The notes under the pieces: generated by a model
Seen by the model: the letters and a program-made list of their open reading frames with translations, nothing else
What the model was told of the DNA's origin: nothing
Databases searched by the model: none
Source: Gaiellaceae bacterium
GTDB lineage: Bacteria; Actinomycetota; Thermoleophilia; Gaiellales; Gaiellaceae
Reading direction: 5' to 3'
Length of the DNA: 32,000 nucleotides
NCBI GenBank assembly: GCA_035640455.1
Contig: DASQWB010000183.1
Location: 5,510 to 37,509, forward strand
Shown: piece by piece, positions 13,882 through 22,486 of the stretch
How the letters are laid out: each line of letters opens with the position of its first letter
Position numbering within the stretch: position 1 is the first letter of the stretch
Program-made: the position numbers and the translations under genes

Positions 13882-16800
13882 TTGCGCCGCCGCATCGCTC
13901 TCTTGACCGTCGTAGCGGCGCTCGTCGCTGCGACTCCGGCCGCGGCGCAGCTCCTGCCCATCAAGCGCACCTTCGGCGAGCTGACGCTGCCGCGGCTCCG
14001 CGCCGGCACGATCCACGTCCCTCGCGGACACGCGAGCGGCCGCCTGCGCGTGATCGTGACGTTGAAGCTGCCGCCGCTCGCGGCCGCGTACACCCGCGCG
14101 CCCGCCGCCTTCGGAGGCACGCGGCGGCTGGACGTCGCCTCCGCCTCGTCGCGCGCCTACCTCGCCCGCGTCGCGGCGGCGCAGCGCGTCACGGCCGCGC
14201 GGCTGCACCGCGCGATCCCCGGGGCCTCGATCGGCCGCCGCTTCCGGATCGTCCTCGACGGCCTCACCGTCACGCTGCCGGTGCGCCGCCTGCCCCAGCT
14301 CGTGCGGCTCGGCTTCGTGCGCCGCGTGTACCCGAGCCTGCGCTTCACGCTCACCCTCGACCGCAGCCCGTCGCTGATCGGCGCGGACGTCCTGCACGCG
14401 GCCACCGGCGCGCGCGGTCAGGGCGTCAAGATCGGCGTCGTCGACGACGGCATCGACCAGACGAACCCGTTCTTCGACCCAGCCGGCTACTCGTACCCGG
14501 CCGGCTTCCCGAAAGGCGACACGACGTTCACGACGCCGAAGGTGATCGTCGCGAAGTCGTTCCCCGGCCCGGGCGCCGGCACGCGCGGCGCGCTGCCGCT
14601 CGATCGCCAGGAGTCCTTCCACGGCACGCACGTCGCGGGCATCGCCGCCGGGGACGAGGGGACGAACGCGCCGGCCGGCCGTGACCATCCGCCGGTGCCG
14701 GGTCTCTCCGGCGTCGCGCCGCGGGCGTGGATCGGCAACTACCGCGTCTTCACGGTTCCCACGCCGATCGGCAACGTCGCCAACACGCCCGAGATCGTCG
14801 CCGCCTTCGAGGCCGCCGTCGCCGACGGGATGAACGTGATCAACTTCTCCGGCGGCGGGCCCGAGACCGACCCGGTGACCGACGCGCTCATCGAGACCGT
14901 CAAGAACACGGCGGCCGCGGGCGTCGTGCCGGTGATCGCGGCCGGGAACGACCGCGACGACTTCGGACTCGGCAGCGTCGGCTCGCCCGGTACCGCGCCG
15001 GCGGCGGTGACGGTCGCAGCCGTGACGAACTCGCACATCTTCGCGCCCGTCCTCTCCGTCACCTCGCCGGGCGCGCCGGCGACGCTCCAGCAGATCCCGA
15101 TCGAGAAGGCCTCGACGCCCGGCGCGTGGGCGGTGAGCGACCAGACGCTCGTCGACGTCGGCACGATCGTCGGCGCGAACGGCACGCCGGTCGACCGGCA
15201 CCTCTGCGGCCCGCCCGAGAACCCGAACGGGCCGGTGCAGCCGCTGCCCGCGCACTCGCTCGACGGCGCGATCGCGCTCGTCTCGCGCGGGATCTGCACC
15301 TTCGCCTCGAAGGCGCTGCGCGCGCAGGCGGCGGGCGCGATCGGGATGGTCCTCGTCGACAACCGGCCGGGCAACCCGAACCCGATCCCGCTCCAGCTGC
15401 CGATCCCGGCCGGGATGATCTCCGACCTCGACGGCGCGAATCTGCGTGCCTACCTGGCCGGCACGGGCGGCCGCGCGGCCGTCCGAATCGGCAACGACCC
15501 GGTCGACGTCGAGAACGGCCGCGGCGACGTCATGACGAGCTTCTCCTCCGCCGGCCCGACCGACTTCCGCCACCTCCTGAAGCCCGACGTGTCCGCGCCC
15601 GGCGGGCAGATCCTGTCCTCGACGCTGCCCGAGTTCGCCGGCTCGCCGTTCGCCGTCTTCGACGGGACGAGCATGGCGACGCCGCACGTCGCCGGCGCGA
15701 CGGCGCTCCTGCTCGAGCTCCACCCCGGCTGGTCGGCGCAGCAGGTGAAGTCGGCGCTCGTCTCGACCGCGGGCCCGGCGTACGGCGACACGGCCGAGAC
15801 GCACGAGGCGCCCGTCCTGCTCGAGGGCGGCGGGCTCGTGAACCTTCCCCGCGCGGCTGATCCGGGGCTCTTCACCGATCCGACCTCGCTCTCGTTCGGC
15901 GACCTGAACGTCTCGGGCGGCGCGCAGTCCCGCGGGATGCTCGTACGCCTGACGGACGCGGGCGGCGGCGCGGGCACGTGGACGGTCTCGGTCGCGCCGC
16001 AGTCGTCGAGCGCCGGCGCCGCGCTCGACGTGCCCGGCGTCGTGACGATCGCGCCGGGCGGCGAGACCGACGTGACCATCACGGCGTCAGCGAGCGCGAG
16101 CGCGGAGAAGGGTGACGACTACGGCTTCGTCGTCCTCCGGAACGGAACCAAGACGCGGCGGATCCCGTACCTCTTCCTCGTCACGAAGCCCGGCCTGGCC
16201 GCGGCGACGCCGACGCCGCTCCGGCCGCTCCAGACCGGCGACACGCGGAGCGGCGTCTCGCGCGCCGACTTCTACCGCTTCCCGGACGCGCCGTTCGGCC
16301 CGGCGCCGAACTACCTCGCCGCGCCGACGGAGAGCGAGGACGGCGCCGAGCAGGTATACGTCATGCACCTCGACCGCGCGGCGACGAACCTCGGCGTCTC
16401 CGTCCTCCAGCAGAGCGCGCGCTCCGAGATCGACCCGTTCCTGCTCGGCTCGCTCGACGAGAACGACGTCCAGGGTTACGCGGGCACGCCCGTGAACGCC
16501 AACGGCCTGATGTTCGACTACCGCTTCGACGTCGAGGCCGCAGGCGCCCAGTTCCCGAGCGCAAAGGACTACTACGTCGCCGTCGACTCCGCGCGCGACC
16601 TCTTCACCGGCGAACGGCTTCCCGGGCAGTACCAGCTGCGCTCCTGGGTGAACGACGTGCGACCGCCGACGGTGAAGCTCCTTACCACCCGCGTCGCGCC
16701 CGGCCGGCCGACGATCGCGGCGCGCATCCGCGACGCGGGCTCGGGCGTCGATCCGTTCTCGCTCGTGATCGGCTACAAGCAGGTGCTCGTCGGCGCGGCG

Positions 16801-17265
16801 GCCTACGACCCCGTGAGCGGAATCGCCGTCTTCCCGCTCCCGGCCGCGGCGCCGGCGCTCACCGGCCGAACCGCCGCGACGATCCAGGCCTCCGACTACC
16901 AGGAGACGAAGAACGTCAACACCTCGGGGTCGGAGATCATGCCGAACACGGCGTTCAAGGACGTCCACATCGCCGTCGCCGCGCGCCCCGCCGTGAGCTG
17001 GCTCCTCCCCGACCCGGCCGCGGGATGCGTGAAGGGGACGGCGCGGCTCGTCGTCGTCGCGAGCGCGTCGCGGCGGATCGCCTCCGTCAGGTTCTTCGAC
17101 GGGAAGCGACGGATCGCGACCGTCCGCAAGGGCACCGCCGGCCTCTTCGCCGCGAACTGGAGGACGGCGCGGGCGAAGCGCGGCGCCCACGTCCTCGAGG
17201 CTCTCGTCCGGGACGCGAAGGGCTCCACGGCGAGCGCCCGCGAGCGCGTCCGCGTCTGCCGCTGA
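13882..17265 (+). CDS. secreted subtilisin-like serine protease (peptidase S8) with I9-like propeptide, PA-domain insertion and long C-terminal Ig-like region
   Basis: The signal peptide is MRRRIALLTVVAALVAATPAAAQ (TTG start). The catalytic Asp is in GVKIGVVDDGID, His in HGTHVAGIAAG, Asn in VIAAGND and Ser in GTSMATPHVAGA. A PA-like insert (ALVSRGICTFASKALRAQAAGAIGMVLVDN) lies between Asn and Ser. Confidence 0.9.
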   Translation: MRRRIALLTVVAALVAATPAAAQLLPIKRTFGELTLPRLRAGTIHVPRGHASGRLRVIVTLKLPPLAAAYTRAPAAFGGTRRLDVASASSRAYLARVAAAQRVTAARLHRAIPGASIGRRFRIVLDGLTVTLPVRRLPQLVRLGFVRRVYPSLRFTLTLDRSPSLIGADVLHAATGARGQGVKIGVVDDGIDQTNPFFDPAGYSYPAGFPKGDTTFTTPKVIVAKSFPGPGAGTRGALPLDRQESFHGTHVAGIAAGDEGTNAPAGRDHPPVPGLSGVAPRAWIGNYRVFTVPTPIGNVANTPEIVAAFEAAVADGMNVINFSGGGPETDPVTDALIETVKNTAAAGVVPVIAAGNDRDDFGLGSVGSPGTAPAAVTVAAVTNSHIFAPVLSVTSPGAPATLQQIPIEKASTPGAWAVSDQTLVDVGTIVGANGTPVDRHLCGPPENPNGPVQPLPAHSLDGAIALVSRGICTFASKALRAQAAGAIGMVLVDNRPGNPNPIPLQLPIPAGMISDLDGANLRAYLAGTGGRAAVRIGNDPVDVENGRGDVMTSFSSAGPTDFRHLLKPDVSAPGGQILSSTLPEFAGSPFAVFDGTSMATPHVAGATALLLELHPGWSAQQVKSALVSTAGPAYGDTAETHEAPVLLEGGGLVNLPRAADPGLFTDPTSLSFGDLNVSGGAQSRGMLVRLTDAGGGAGTWTVSVAPQSSSAGAALDVPGVVTIAPGGETDVTITASASASAEKGDDYGFVVLRNGTKTRRIPYLFLVTKPGLAAATPTPLRPLQTGDTRSGVSRADFYRFPDAPFGPAPNYLAAPTESEDGAEQVYVMHLDRAATNLGVSVLQQSARSEIDPFLLGSLDENDVQGYAGTPVNANGLMFDYRFDVEAAGAQFPSAKDYYVAVDSARDLFTGERLPGQYQLRSWVNDVRPPTVKLLTTRVAPGRPTIAARIRDAGSGVDPFSLVIGYKQVLVGAAAYDPVSGIAVFPLPAAAPALTGRTAATIQASDYQETKNVNTSGSEIMPNTAFKDVHIAVAARPAVSWLLPDPAAGCVKGTARLVVVASASRRIASVRFFDGKRRIATVRKGTAGLFAANWRTARAKRGAHVLEALVRDAKGSTASARERVRVCR

Positions 17266-18038
17266 CCGAGCAGCGAGTCGCCGTCGTCACCGGCGCCTCG
17301 AGCGGGATCGGCGCCGCGATCGCCCGCGCGCTCGCCGCGCGCGGCGACCTCTGCGTCCTCCTCGCCCGGCGCGAGGATCGGCTGCGCGCGCTCGCCGAGG
17401 AGCTCGGCGGCGAGTACGAGCTCTGCGACGTCGCCGACCGTGAGGCCGTGGAGCGAGCAGCGGCAGCGGTTCGCGAGCGGCATCCGCGGATCGCCGTTCT
17501 CGTCTGCAACGCCGGCATCCCGGGGCGGTACGGCTTCCTCGACATCGAGCCCGAGCGCCTCGTCCAGCTCGTCCGGACGAACTACCTCGGCGGCGTCTGG
17601 TGCCTGCGCGCCTTCCGCCCCGCGCTCGAGGCCGCGGGCGGCGCCGACGTCGTGAACGTCGTCTCCGTCGCGGGCGGAGTCGCGTTCCCGCCCTCCGGGC
17701 CCTACTCTGCGTCGAAGCACGCGCAGCTCGCGTTCTCGCGCGCGACGGCCGCCGAGCTGCGGCCGCGCGGCATCCGCGTGCACACGATCAATCCCGGCTT
17801 CGTCGAGACCGAGGGGTTCCCGCAGCGAACAGTGCTGCGCGGCCGCCTGCTGCGGCGGGCGGTGATCGAGCCGGAGGACGTGGCGCGCCACGTGCTGCGC
17901 TCGCTCGAGCGCGGACGGGGCGAGACGTACGTGCCCGCCTGGTACCGCGTCTTCCCGCTTCTCCAGGCCCTCGCGCCCGGGGTCGTCGGCCGGCTCGCCG
18001 GACGCTCTGGCTATCGCTCGCGCGCCGCGTCAAACTAG
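17262..18038 (+). CDS. short-chain dehydrogenase/reductase (SDR) family oxidoreductase; start codon unresolved
   Basis: Motifs are VAVVTGASSGIGAAIARAL (TGxxxGxG), NAG, and the catalytic YSASK. No ATG, GTG or TTG occurs between 17025 and the Rossmann motif. The coordinates given use CTG 17262, which overlaps the protease TGA (CTGA). CTG 17256 and ATG 17025 are alternatives. Confidence 0.8.
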   Translation: MTEQRVAVVTGASSGIGAAIARALAARGDLCVLLARREDRLRALAEELGGEYELCDVADREAVERAAAAVRERHPRIAVLVCNAGIPGRYGFLDIEPERLVQLVRTNYLGGVWCLRAFRPALEAAGGADVVNVVSVAGGVAFPPSGPYSASKHAQLAFSRATAAELRPRGIRVHTINPGFVETEGFPQRTVLRGRLLRRAVIEPEDVARHVLRSLERGRGETYVPAWYRVFPLLQALAPGVVGRLAGRSGYRSRAASN

Positions 18039-18043
18039 GTCCG

Positions 18044-18451
18044 ATGAGCGAGCAGCTGAGCGCACAGGCTGCGATGCGAGGCGCGGAGTTCCGTGCTGCC
18101 CTCCGCCGCTTCCTCCGGCGGAGCGAGCGCGTTGCCCGCGCGTCAGGGCTCACGCCGCAGCGGTACCTCCTCCTGCTGATGATCAAGGGCGCGCCCGACG
18201 GCTCGGAGCAATCGACGGTCACCGAGCTCGCGGAGCGCCTCCAGCTCGCGCAGAGCACGGTCACCGAGCTCGTCAGCCGTGCCGAGGAGGTGGGCCTCGT
18301 CGAGCGGGAGCCGTCGCCGGCCGACGGCCGCGTCGCGCACCTCCGGCTCACCGAGGAGGGCGAGCGACGCCTCGCGCGGTCGTTCGCGACCATGGCGGCG
18401 GAGCGCGAGCAGCTCCGGGCGGTGTTCGCGCACCTGGACGAGTCGTCGTAA
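18044..18451 (+). CDS. MarR-family transcriptional regulator
   Basis: The sequence LTPQRYLLLLMIKGAPDGSEQSTVTELAERLQLAQSTVTELVSRAEEVGLVEREPSPADGRVAHLRLTEEGERRL is a MarR winged HTH. Confidence 0.9.
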   Translation: MSEQLSAQAAMRGAEFRAALRRFLRRSERVARASGLTPQRYLLLLMIKGAPDGSEQSTVTELAERLQLAQSTVTELVSRAEEVGLVEREPSPADGRVAHLRLTEEGERRLARSFATMAAEREQLRAVFAHLDESS

Positions 18452-18491
18452 CGCGGGATTTCCGAGCCCGCGCGGGCCGTTTACGACCGAC

Positions 18492-18812
18492 GTGGAGCCG
18501 CAGCGGCGAGCACCGAAGGTCGAGTTCCTCTACTGGGAAGGCTGCCCTTCCCACCCCGAGGCGCTCGAGCTGCTCCAGGAGGTGTTGGCGGCCCGGGGGA
18601 TCGACGCGCGCGTGGAGCTCCGCGAGGTGACGAGCCAAGGGGAGGCGGAGGCGCTTCGCTTCCCCGGCTCGCCGACGATCAGGGTCGACGGGCACGACAT
18701 CGACCCGGCCGGCGCGGACGCGCGACCGGCGCTCAACTGCCGCATCTACCACCTCCCAGACGGCACCGTCTCGCCCGTGCCGACACGCGAGCAGCTCGAG
18801 GAGGCGCTCTGA
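18492..18812 (+). CDS. small thioredoxin-fold-like protein (single CPSH motif)
   Basis: The sequence reads (M)EPQRRAPKVEFLYWEGCPSHPEALELLQEVLAARGID..VELREV...AEALRFPGSPTIRVDGHDI. This is the typical layout of small Cys-containing alpha/beta proteins often annotated as thioredoxin family. The start is GTG at 18492, and the stop overlaps the next ATG (TGATG). The exact family was not recognised. Confidence 0.55.
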   Translation: MEPQRRAPKVEFLYWEGCPSHPEALELLQEVLAARGIDARVELREVTSQGEAEALRFPGSPTIRVDGHDIDPAGADARPALNCRIYHLPDGTVSPVPTREQLEEAL

Positions 18813-19327
18813 TGACCACCGCTCCGCAGTTCGACCTCGAGGGCGTCGACGGCCAGCGGCATTCCCTCGACGACTACGCCGACGCCGACGTGCTCGTCCT
18901 GATCCAGTCCTGCAACCACTGTCCGTACGTCCAAGCGTGGGAGGACCGGATGAGCGCGATCCAGCGCGACTACGGCGACCGCGGCGTGCGGCTCGTCGCC
19001 GTCAACTCGAACGACGCCGACGCCTACCCGGAGGACTCGTTCGAGGAGATGCGCTCACGGGCGGAGCGCCGCGGCTTTGCGTTCGACTACCTCTACGACC
19101 CCTCGCAGGGCATCGCGCGGGCGCTCGACGCCGAGCGCACGCCCGAGGTCTTCCTCTTCGACCGCGACCGCCGGCTGCGTTACCACGGCGCGATCGACGA
19201 CTCGCGCAACGAGCAGGCGGTGACCCAGCACTACCTGCGCGCCGCGCTCGACGCCGTGCTCTCGGGGAGCGAGCCTCCGGTGGCGGAGACGATGCCGGTC
19301 GGCTGCACCGTCAAGTGGCGTCGGTAG
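18812..19327 (+). CDS. thioredoxin-fold thiol-disulfide oxidoreductase (AhpC/TSA-redoxin family, CNHCP motif)
   Basis: The sequence FDLEGVDGQRHSLDDYADADVLVLIQSCNHCPYVQAW...GVRLVAVNSND...RTPEVFLFDRDRRLRYHGAIDD is a TlpA/redoxin-like pattern with a CxxC centre. Confidence 0.85.
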   Translation: MTTAPQFDLEGVDGQRHSLDDYADADVLVLIQSCNHCPYVQAWEDRMSAIQRDYGDRGVRLVAVNSNDADAYPEDSFEEMRSRAERRGFAFDYLYDPSQGIARALDAERTPEVFLFDRDRRLRYHGAIDDSRNEQAVTQHYLRAALDAVLSGSEPPVAETMPVGCTVKWRR

Positions 19328-19334
19328 CGCCAGC

Positions 19335-19775
19335 CTAGGCTCGCCCGAAGAGCTGCGCTCGGCCGCGCCCGCGCGCGGTCGGGTCGGGCCGGCGGTTCTC
19401 CGGCACCTTGATGGCGGAGCGGCCTCCTTCGTCTGCGAGCGGCTCGTCGTCGAAGCGAGGGATGACGTGCAGGTGCGCGTGCCCGACGTCGGGGGAGCAG
19501 TTCCACAGGAGCATGTAGCCGTCGGGCGCGAGGCGCTCGTCCCACGCGGCCTTGGCCTCGAGGAGGAGCTCGTGGGTCGCCGCCCACTCCTCGTCCGTGA
19601 AGTCGAACGGCGACGGCTTGTGCGCGAGCGGGACGATCACGCCGCACCCGGGCAGCACGTCGGGCGGGTCGCGCGGATCGCGCGTCGAGGCGTAGATACA
19701 GAAGGCGTTCTCGATGCACACCTCGGCTCTCCGGAGCCGCTCGTGGTCGCAGAAGACGCAGTCGTCTCGGGCCAT
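19335..19775 (-). CDS. HIT (histidine triad) family nucleotide hydrolase/transferase
   Basis: ATG is at 19775. Motifs are CVFCD and the histidine triad GHAHLHVIPR. Only the last 146 codons of the 396-aa ORF look protein-like. Confidence 0.85.
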   Translation of the reverse strand: MARDDCVFCDHERLRRAEVCIENAFCIYASTRDPRDPPDVLPGCGVIVPLAHKPSPFDFTDEEWAATHELLLEAKAAWDERLAPDGYMLLWNCSPDVGHAHLHVIPRFDDEPLADEGGRSAIKVPENRRPDPTARGRGRAQLFGRA

Positions 19776-19777
19776 GT

Positions 19778-20530
19778 CTAGGGCTTGCGGAGGAGGTACC
19801 AGCCCGTCTCGGCGACGTAGGCCTCCGGGCCGTCGGGGCTCAGCGCGCGGACGCGCTCGGCGTCCTCGCCGCGGCAGCCGGCGAGCTCGAGGTAGTAGTC
19901 GAGCTCGCGCCGGTGGCTCTGGAAGCGTGTCCGGACGACGACGAGCCCGTTCGCCTCGAAGAGGTGCCGCAGGTCGATGTCCGGCAGCGTCCGCGCGTGC
20001 GAGGGGTCCCGCGCGCGCTCGAAGCGGTCGAGCGCAAGCGCCGCGAGCGGGTCGACGGGCGCGATCTGGTCGTCGACGAAGATCAACCCGCCCGGCTTCG
20101 TGACGCGCGCGAGCTCGGCCACTGCGAGCTCGGGCCGGGAGACGTGGTGCAGCGTCCGGCGACTCCCGGCGAGGTCGAAGGAGCCGGCCTCGAACGGCAG
20201 GGCGGTGGCGTCGCCCTCGACGAAGGTGACGTTCGGCGGCGGCGCCGCCCGCGCCGCCGCGAGGAGCTCGGGCACGAGGTCGACGCCCACGACTTCGCGG
20301 ACGAGCGGCGCGAGCGCGAGCGCGAGCACGCCCGCGCCGGTCCCGGAGTCGAGCGCGCGCTCCTCGCCGGTCAGCGGCAGGAAGTCCCGGAGCTGCTCGC
20401 GCACGCGCTCGACTTGGCGCGCCGAGTGCTCGGCTACGCTCGCCGCCGTCGCGGCGAAGCGAGCCCGAACGGCCTCTTGCTGCGGGTCGCTCACACCCGC
20501 ATTCTGGTAGAGCGCCGGAAGCCAAACCAA
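19778..20530 (-). CDS. class I SAM-dependent methyltransferase (UbiE/type-11-like)
   Basis: SAM motif I is ALDSGTGAGVLALALA, followed by VVGVDL, the acidic loop and KPGGLIFVDD. The ORF start at 20530 is TTG. GTG 20494 (VSDPQQEAV...) is an equally plausible start. Confidence 0.85.
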   Translation of the reverse strand: MVWLPALYQNAGVSDPQQEAVRARFAATAASVAEHSARQVERVREQLRDFLPLTGEERALDSGTGAGVLALALAPLVREVVGVDLVPELLAAARAAPPPNVTFVEGDATALPFEAGSFDLAGSRRTLHHVSRPELAVAELARVTKPGGLIFVDDQIAPVDPLAALALDRFERARDPSHARTLPDIDLRHLFEANGLVVVRTRFQSHRRELDYYLELAGCRGEDAERVRALSPDGPEAYVAETGWYLLRKP

Positions 20531-20558
20531 GCTCGACTTCCGGCGCTCGCGTATAGCT

Positions 20559-21377
20559 CTACGGCGCGCCGAGCCGAACCTGGACGAGCCTCCGCGTCGA
20601 GACGCCGGCGAGGACGTTGTCGCCCGGCTTCCGCGCTCGGACGAAGGCGACCAACGCGCCGCCGTTCACGAGCGGGAGCCGCGCCGTCGGCTGCACCTGG
20701 AAGGAGACCCAGCCGTCGGTGCCGGTCTGCTGCTCGGCGACGTTGCCGATCCGCCCGTAGGGCAGGCCGATCATGTAGACCAGCGCGCCGCGGACGACGA
20801 AGCCGCGGGTATCGGTGACGCGGAAGCGCGCCGTGAACGGGTCCCGCGACCGGACGACGCTCGGCGTGAACTCGACGCCCGAGACGATCAGTCGCTGCGG
20901 CGGGTCGACGCTCGTGACGGGAATCGACACTTTTCCGTCGGCGAGCTTGATCTGGCCGCTCGGTCCAGGCGGAGGCGGACTGGCCGCTGGCCGCACGAGT
21001 CTCGTCGGCCGCGACACCGCCGAGCTCGAGCCGGCGCTGTTCTGCGCGGTCACGCGGACGCGGATCCGGTGGCCGGCATCGGCCGAGGTGAGGACGTAGG
21101 TCTGCGACGTTGCGCCCGCGATGTCGACGCAGTTGCCGCCGCCGCTTCCACAACGGCGCCACAAGTACGAGAACGTGAGCGGCTTCGTGCCGGCCCAGTC
21201 GCCGTTCCTCGCCGTCAGCGTGCGACCGACCTGCGTCGTTCCGGTCACGTACGGCAGCGAGCGAACGGTCGGTGGGTCCACGGCTGTCGAGGCGCCGGCG
21301 ATGCCCACGGCCGTTGCGATCGCCGTCGCGGCAGCGCCCGCCACGGCAGCGAGGACGAGCTTGCTTCTCGATTGCAC
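20559..21377 (-). CDS. secreted protein with Ig-like G.W.G....Y.W.RC module
   Basis: GTG 21377 lies 8 nt after a GGGGGG SD. The signal peptide is (M)QSRSKLVLAAVAGAAATAIATAVGIAGA. The module reads GRTLTARNGDWAGTKPLTFSYLWRRCGSGGGNCVDIAGATSQTYVLTSADAGHRIRVRVTAQNSAG. A Pro-rich linker and a second beta-rich domain follow. Confidence 0.7.
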   Translation of the reverse strand: MQSRSKLVLAAVAGAAATAIATAVGIAGASTAVDPPTVRSLPYVTGTTQVGRTLTARNGDWAGTKPLTFSYLWRRCGSGGGNCVDIAGATSQTYVLTSADAGHRIRVRVTAQNSAGSSSAVSRPTRLVRPAASPPPPGPSGQIKLADGKVSIPVTSVDPPQRLIVSGVEFTPSVVRSRDPFTARFRVTDTRGFVVRGALVYMIGLPYGRIGNVAEQQTGTDGWVSFQVQPTARLPLVNGGALVAFVRARKPGDNVLAGVSTRRLVQVRLGAP

Positions 21378-21457
21378 GAGCTTCACCCCCCTTGATCTAC
21401 GCTCGTACCTGGTCCAACGAGGGCCGAGCGAGTCGGTTTGGGCCACCGAGAGCCGCT

Positions 21458-22486
21458 TTACGCGCCGCTTACGGCACGGCGGACGAGCTCGAGCGCCTCC
21501 TCGCGCGTGGAGATGATCCCGGCCGCGCGCTCCTCCTCGACGAGCGCGAGCAGCCAGCCGATCTCCGGTCCGGGCGGAAGGCCGAGCTCGTCGCCGCGCA
21601 GGAGCGGCTCGTCGGGATCGGCGGCGCGCGCGGCCTCGACCGCCGGCGCGAGCTCCGGCGCGCCCACGAAGGCGAGCGCCTCGAGCGCCCACGGCTCGGT
21701 CGCGCGGCGGAAGCGGTGGATCGCCCGCGCGGAGCCGTTCGGCGGCCGCTCGGCCCGCAGCAGGGCGCGGAGCAGGCGCTTGCGCTCGTTCGAGATCGGA
21801 TAGCGGCGAAGCTCGGGCCCGAAGACGACGGCGAGCCGGAAGTCCGCCGAGCCAAACGCCTCGAGCAGTTCGCCGCGCTCGAGCGAGCCGCCGAGCGGCG
21901 CCAGCAGGCCGAGCTCGTCGAGCCGCCGGAAGCCGGCCGGCGAGAGCCGCTCGAGCTCGGCGAGGATCCGCTCGCCGGCCGGCCGCGGGGCGAACTCGGC
22001 GTGGGCGCGGACGAGCTCCTCGGTCAGCGGCGCGAGTCGGAAACCGAGCTCGCCCTCGAGCCGGACGGCGCGCAGCAGGCGAAGCGGATCGTCCTCGAAG
22101 ATCGTCTCGGTGACCGCGCGGAGGCTGCGGAGGGCGATGTCCTCGAGGCCGCCGCTCGGGTCGACGATCTCGCCGCCCGCGAGCGGCCGCGCGAGCGCGT
22201 TGACCGTGAAGTCGCGCGTGGCGAGGTCGGCGTCGATCGTTCCCCGGAGCGGCGTGAAGTCGACGGTGCGGCCGTCCGCGAGCACCACCCGCCACGCCCC
22301 GTGCTGCTCCGAGAGCGGGAACGGCGCCCCGCCGATGCGCCGCGCGTAGGCCCGTGCGGCCTCCTCCGGCCGCCGACAGGCGACGTCGACGTCGACGACC
22401 GGCCGGCCGAGGAGCTCGTCCCGGAGGGCGCCGCCGACGAGCCACGCCTCCTCGCCCGCGAGGACCTCGTGCGCGAGCTCAACCAT
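21458..22486 (-). CDS. cca: CCA tRNA nucleotidyltransferase / poly(A) polymerase family protein (head domain plus body, no HD domain seen)
   Basis: GGALRDELLGRPVVDVDVA carries the GGxxRD and DxD nucleotidyltransferase motifs. RDFTVNA and DPLRLLRAVR are also present. Confidence 0.85.
   Translation of the reverse strand: MVELAHEVLAGEEAWLVGGALRDELLGRPVVDVDVACRRPEEAARAYARRIGGAPFPLSEQHGAWRVVLADGRTVDFTPLRGTIDADLATRDFTVNALARPLAGGEIVDPSGGLEDIALRSLRAVTETIFEDDPLRLLRAVRLEGELGFRLAPLTEELVRAHAEFAPRPAGERILAELERLSPAGFRRLDELGLLAPLGGSLERGELLEAFGSADFRLAVVFGPELRRYPISNERKRLLRALLRAERPPNGSARAIHRFRRATEPWALEALAFVGAPELAPAVEAARAADPDEPLLRGDELGLPPGPEIGWLLALVEEERAAGIISTREEALELVRRAVSGA

Noticed and set aside
13498-17190. 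Minus-strand ORFs 13498-15804 (768 aa) and 16087-17190 (367 aa); plus-strand ORF 14727-15860 (377 aa)
   Set aside because: All overlap the S8 protease gene, whose catalytic triad and PA domain are unambiguous. Their sequences are Arg/Asp/Gly-rich junk.
21395-21420. GGACC ... CGTA on the minus strand upstream of the secreted Ig-like protein gene, as a third ECF-type promoter
   Set aside because: The spacer between GGACC and CGTA is only 9 nt, against 16-17 nt in the two copies at 1747-1843. The extended GGACCCCGC / TCGTA boxes are also not present.
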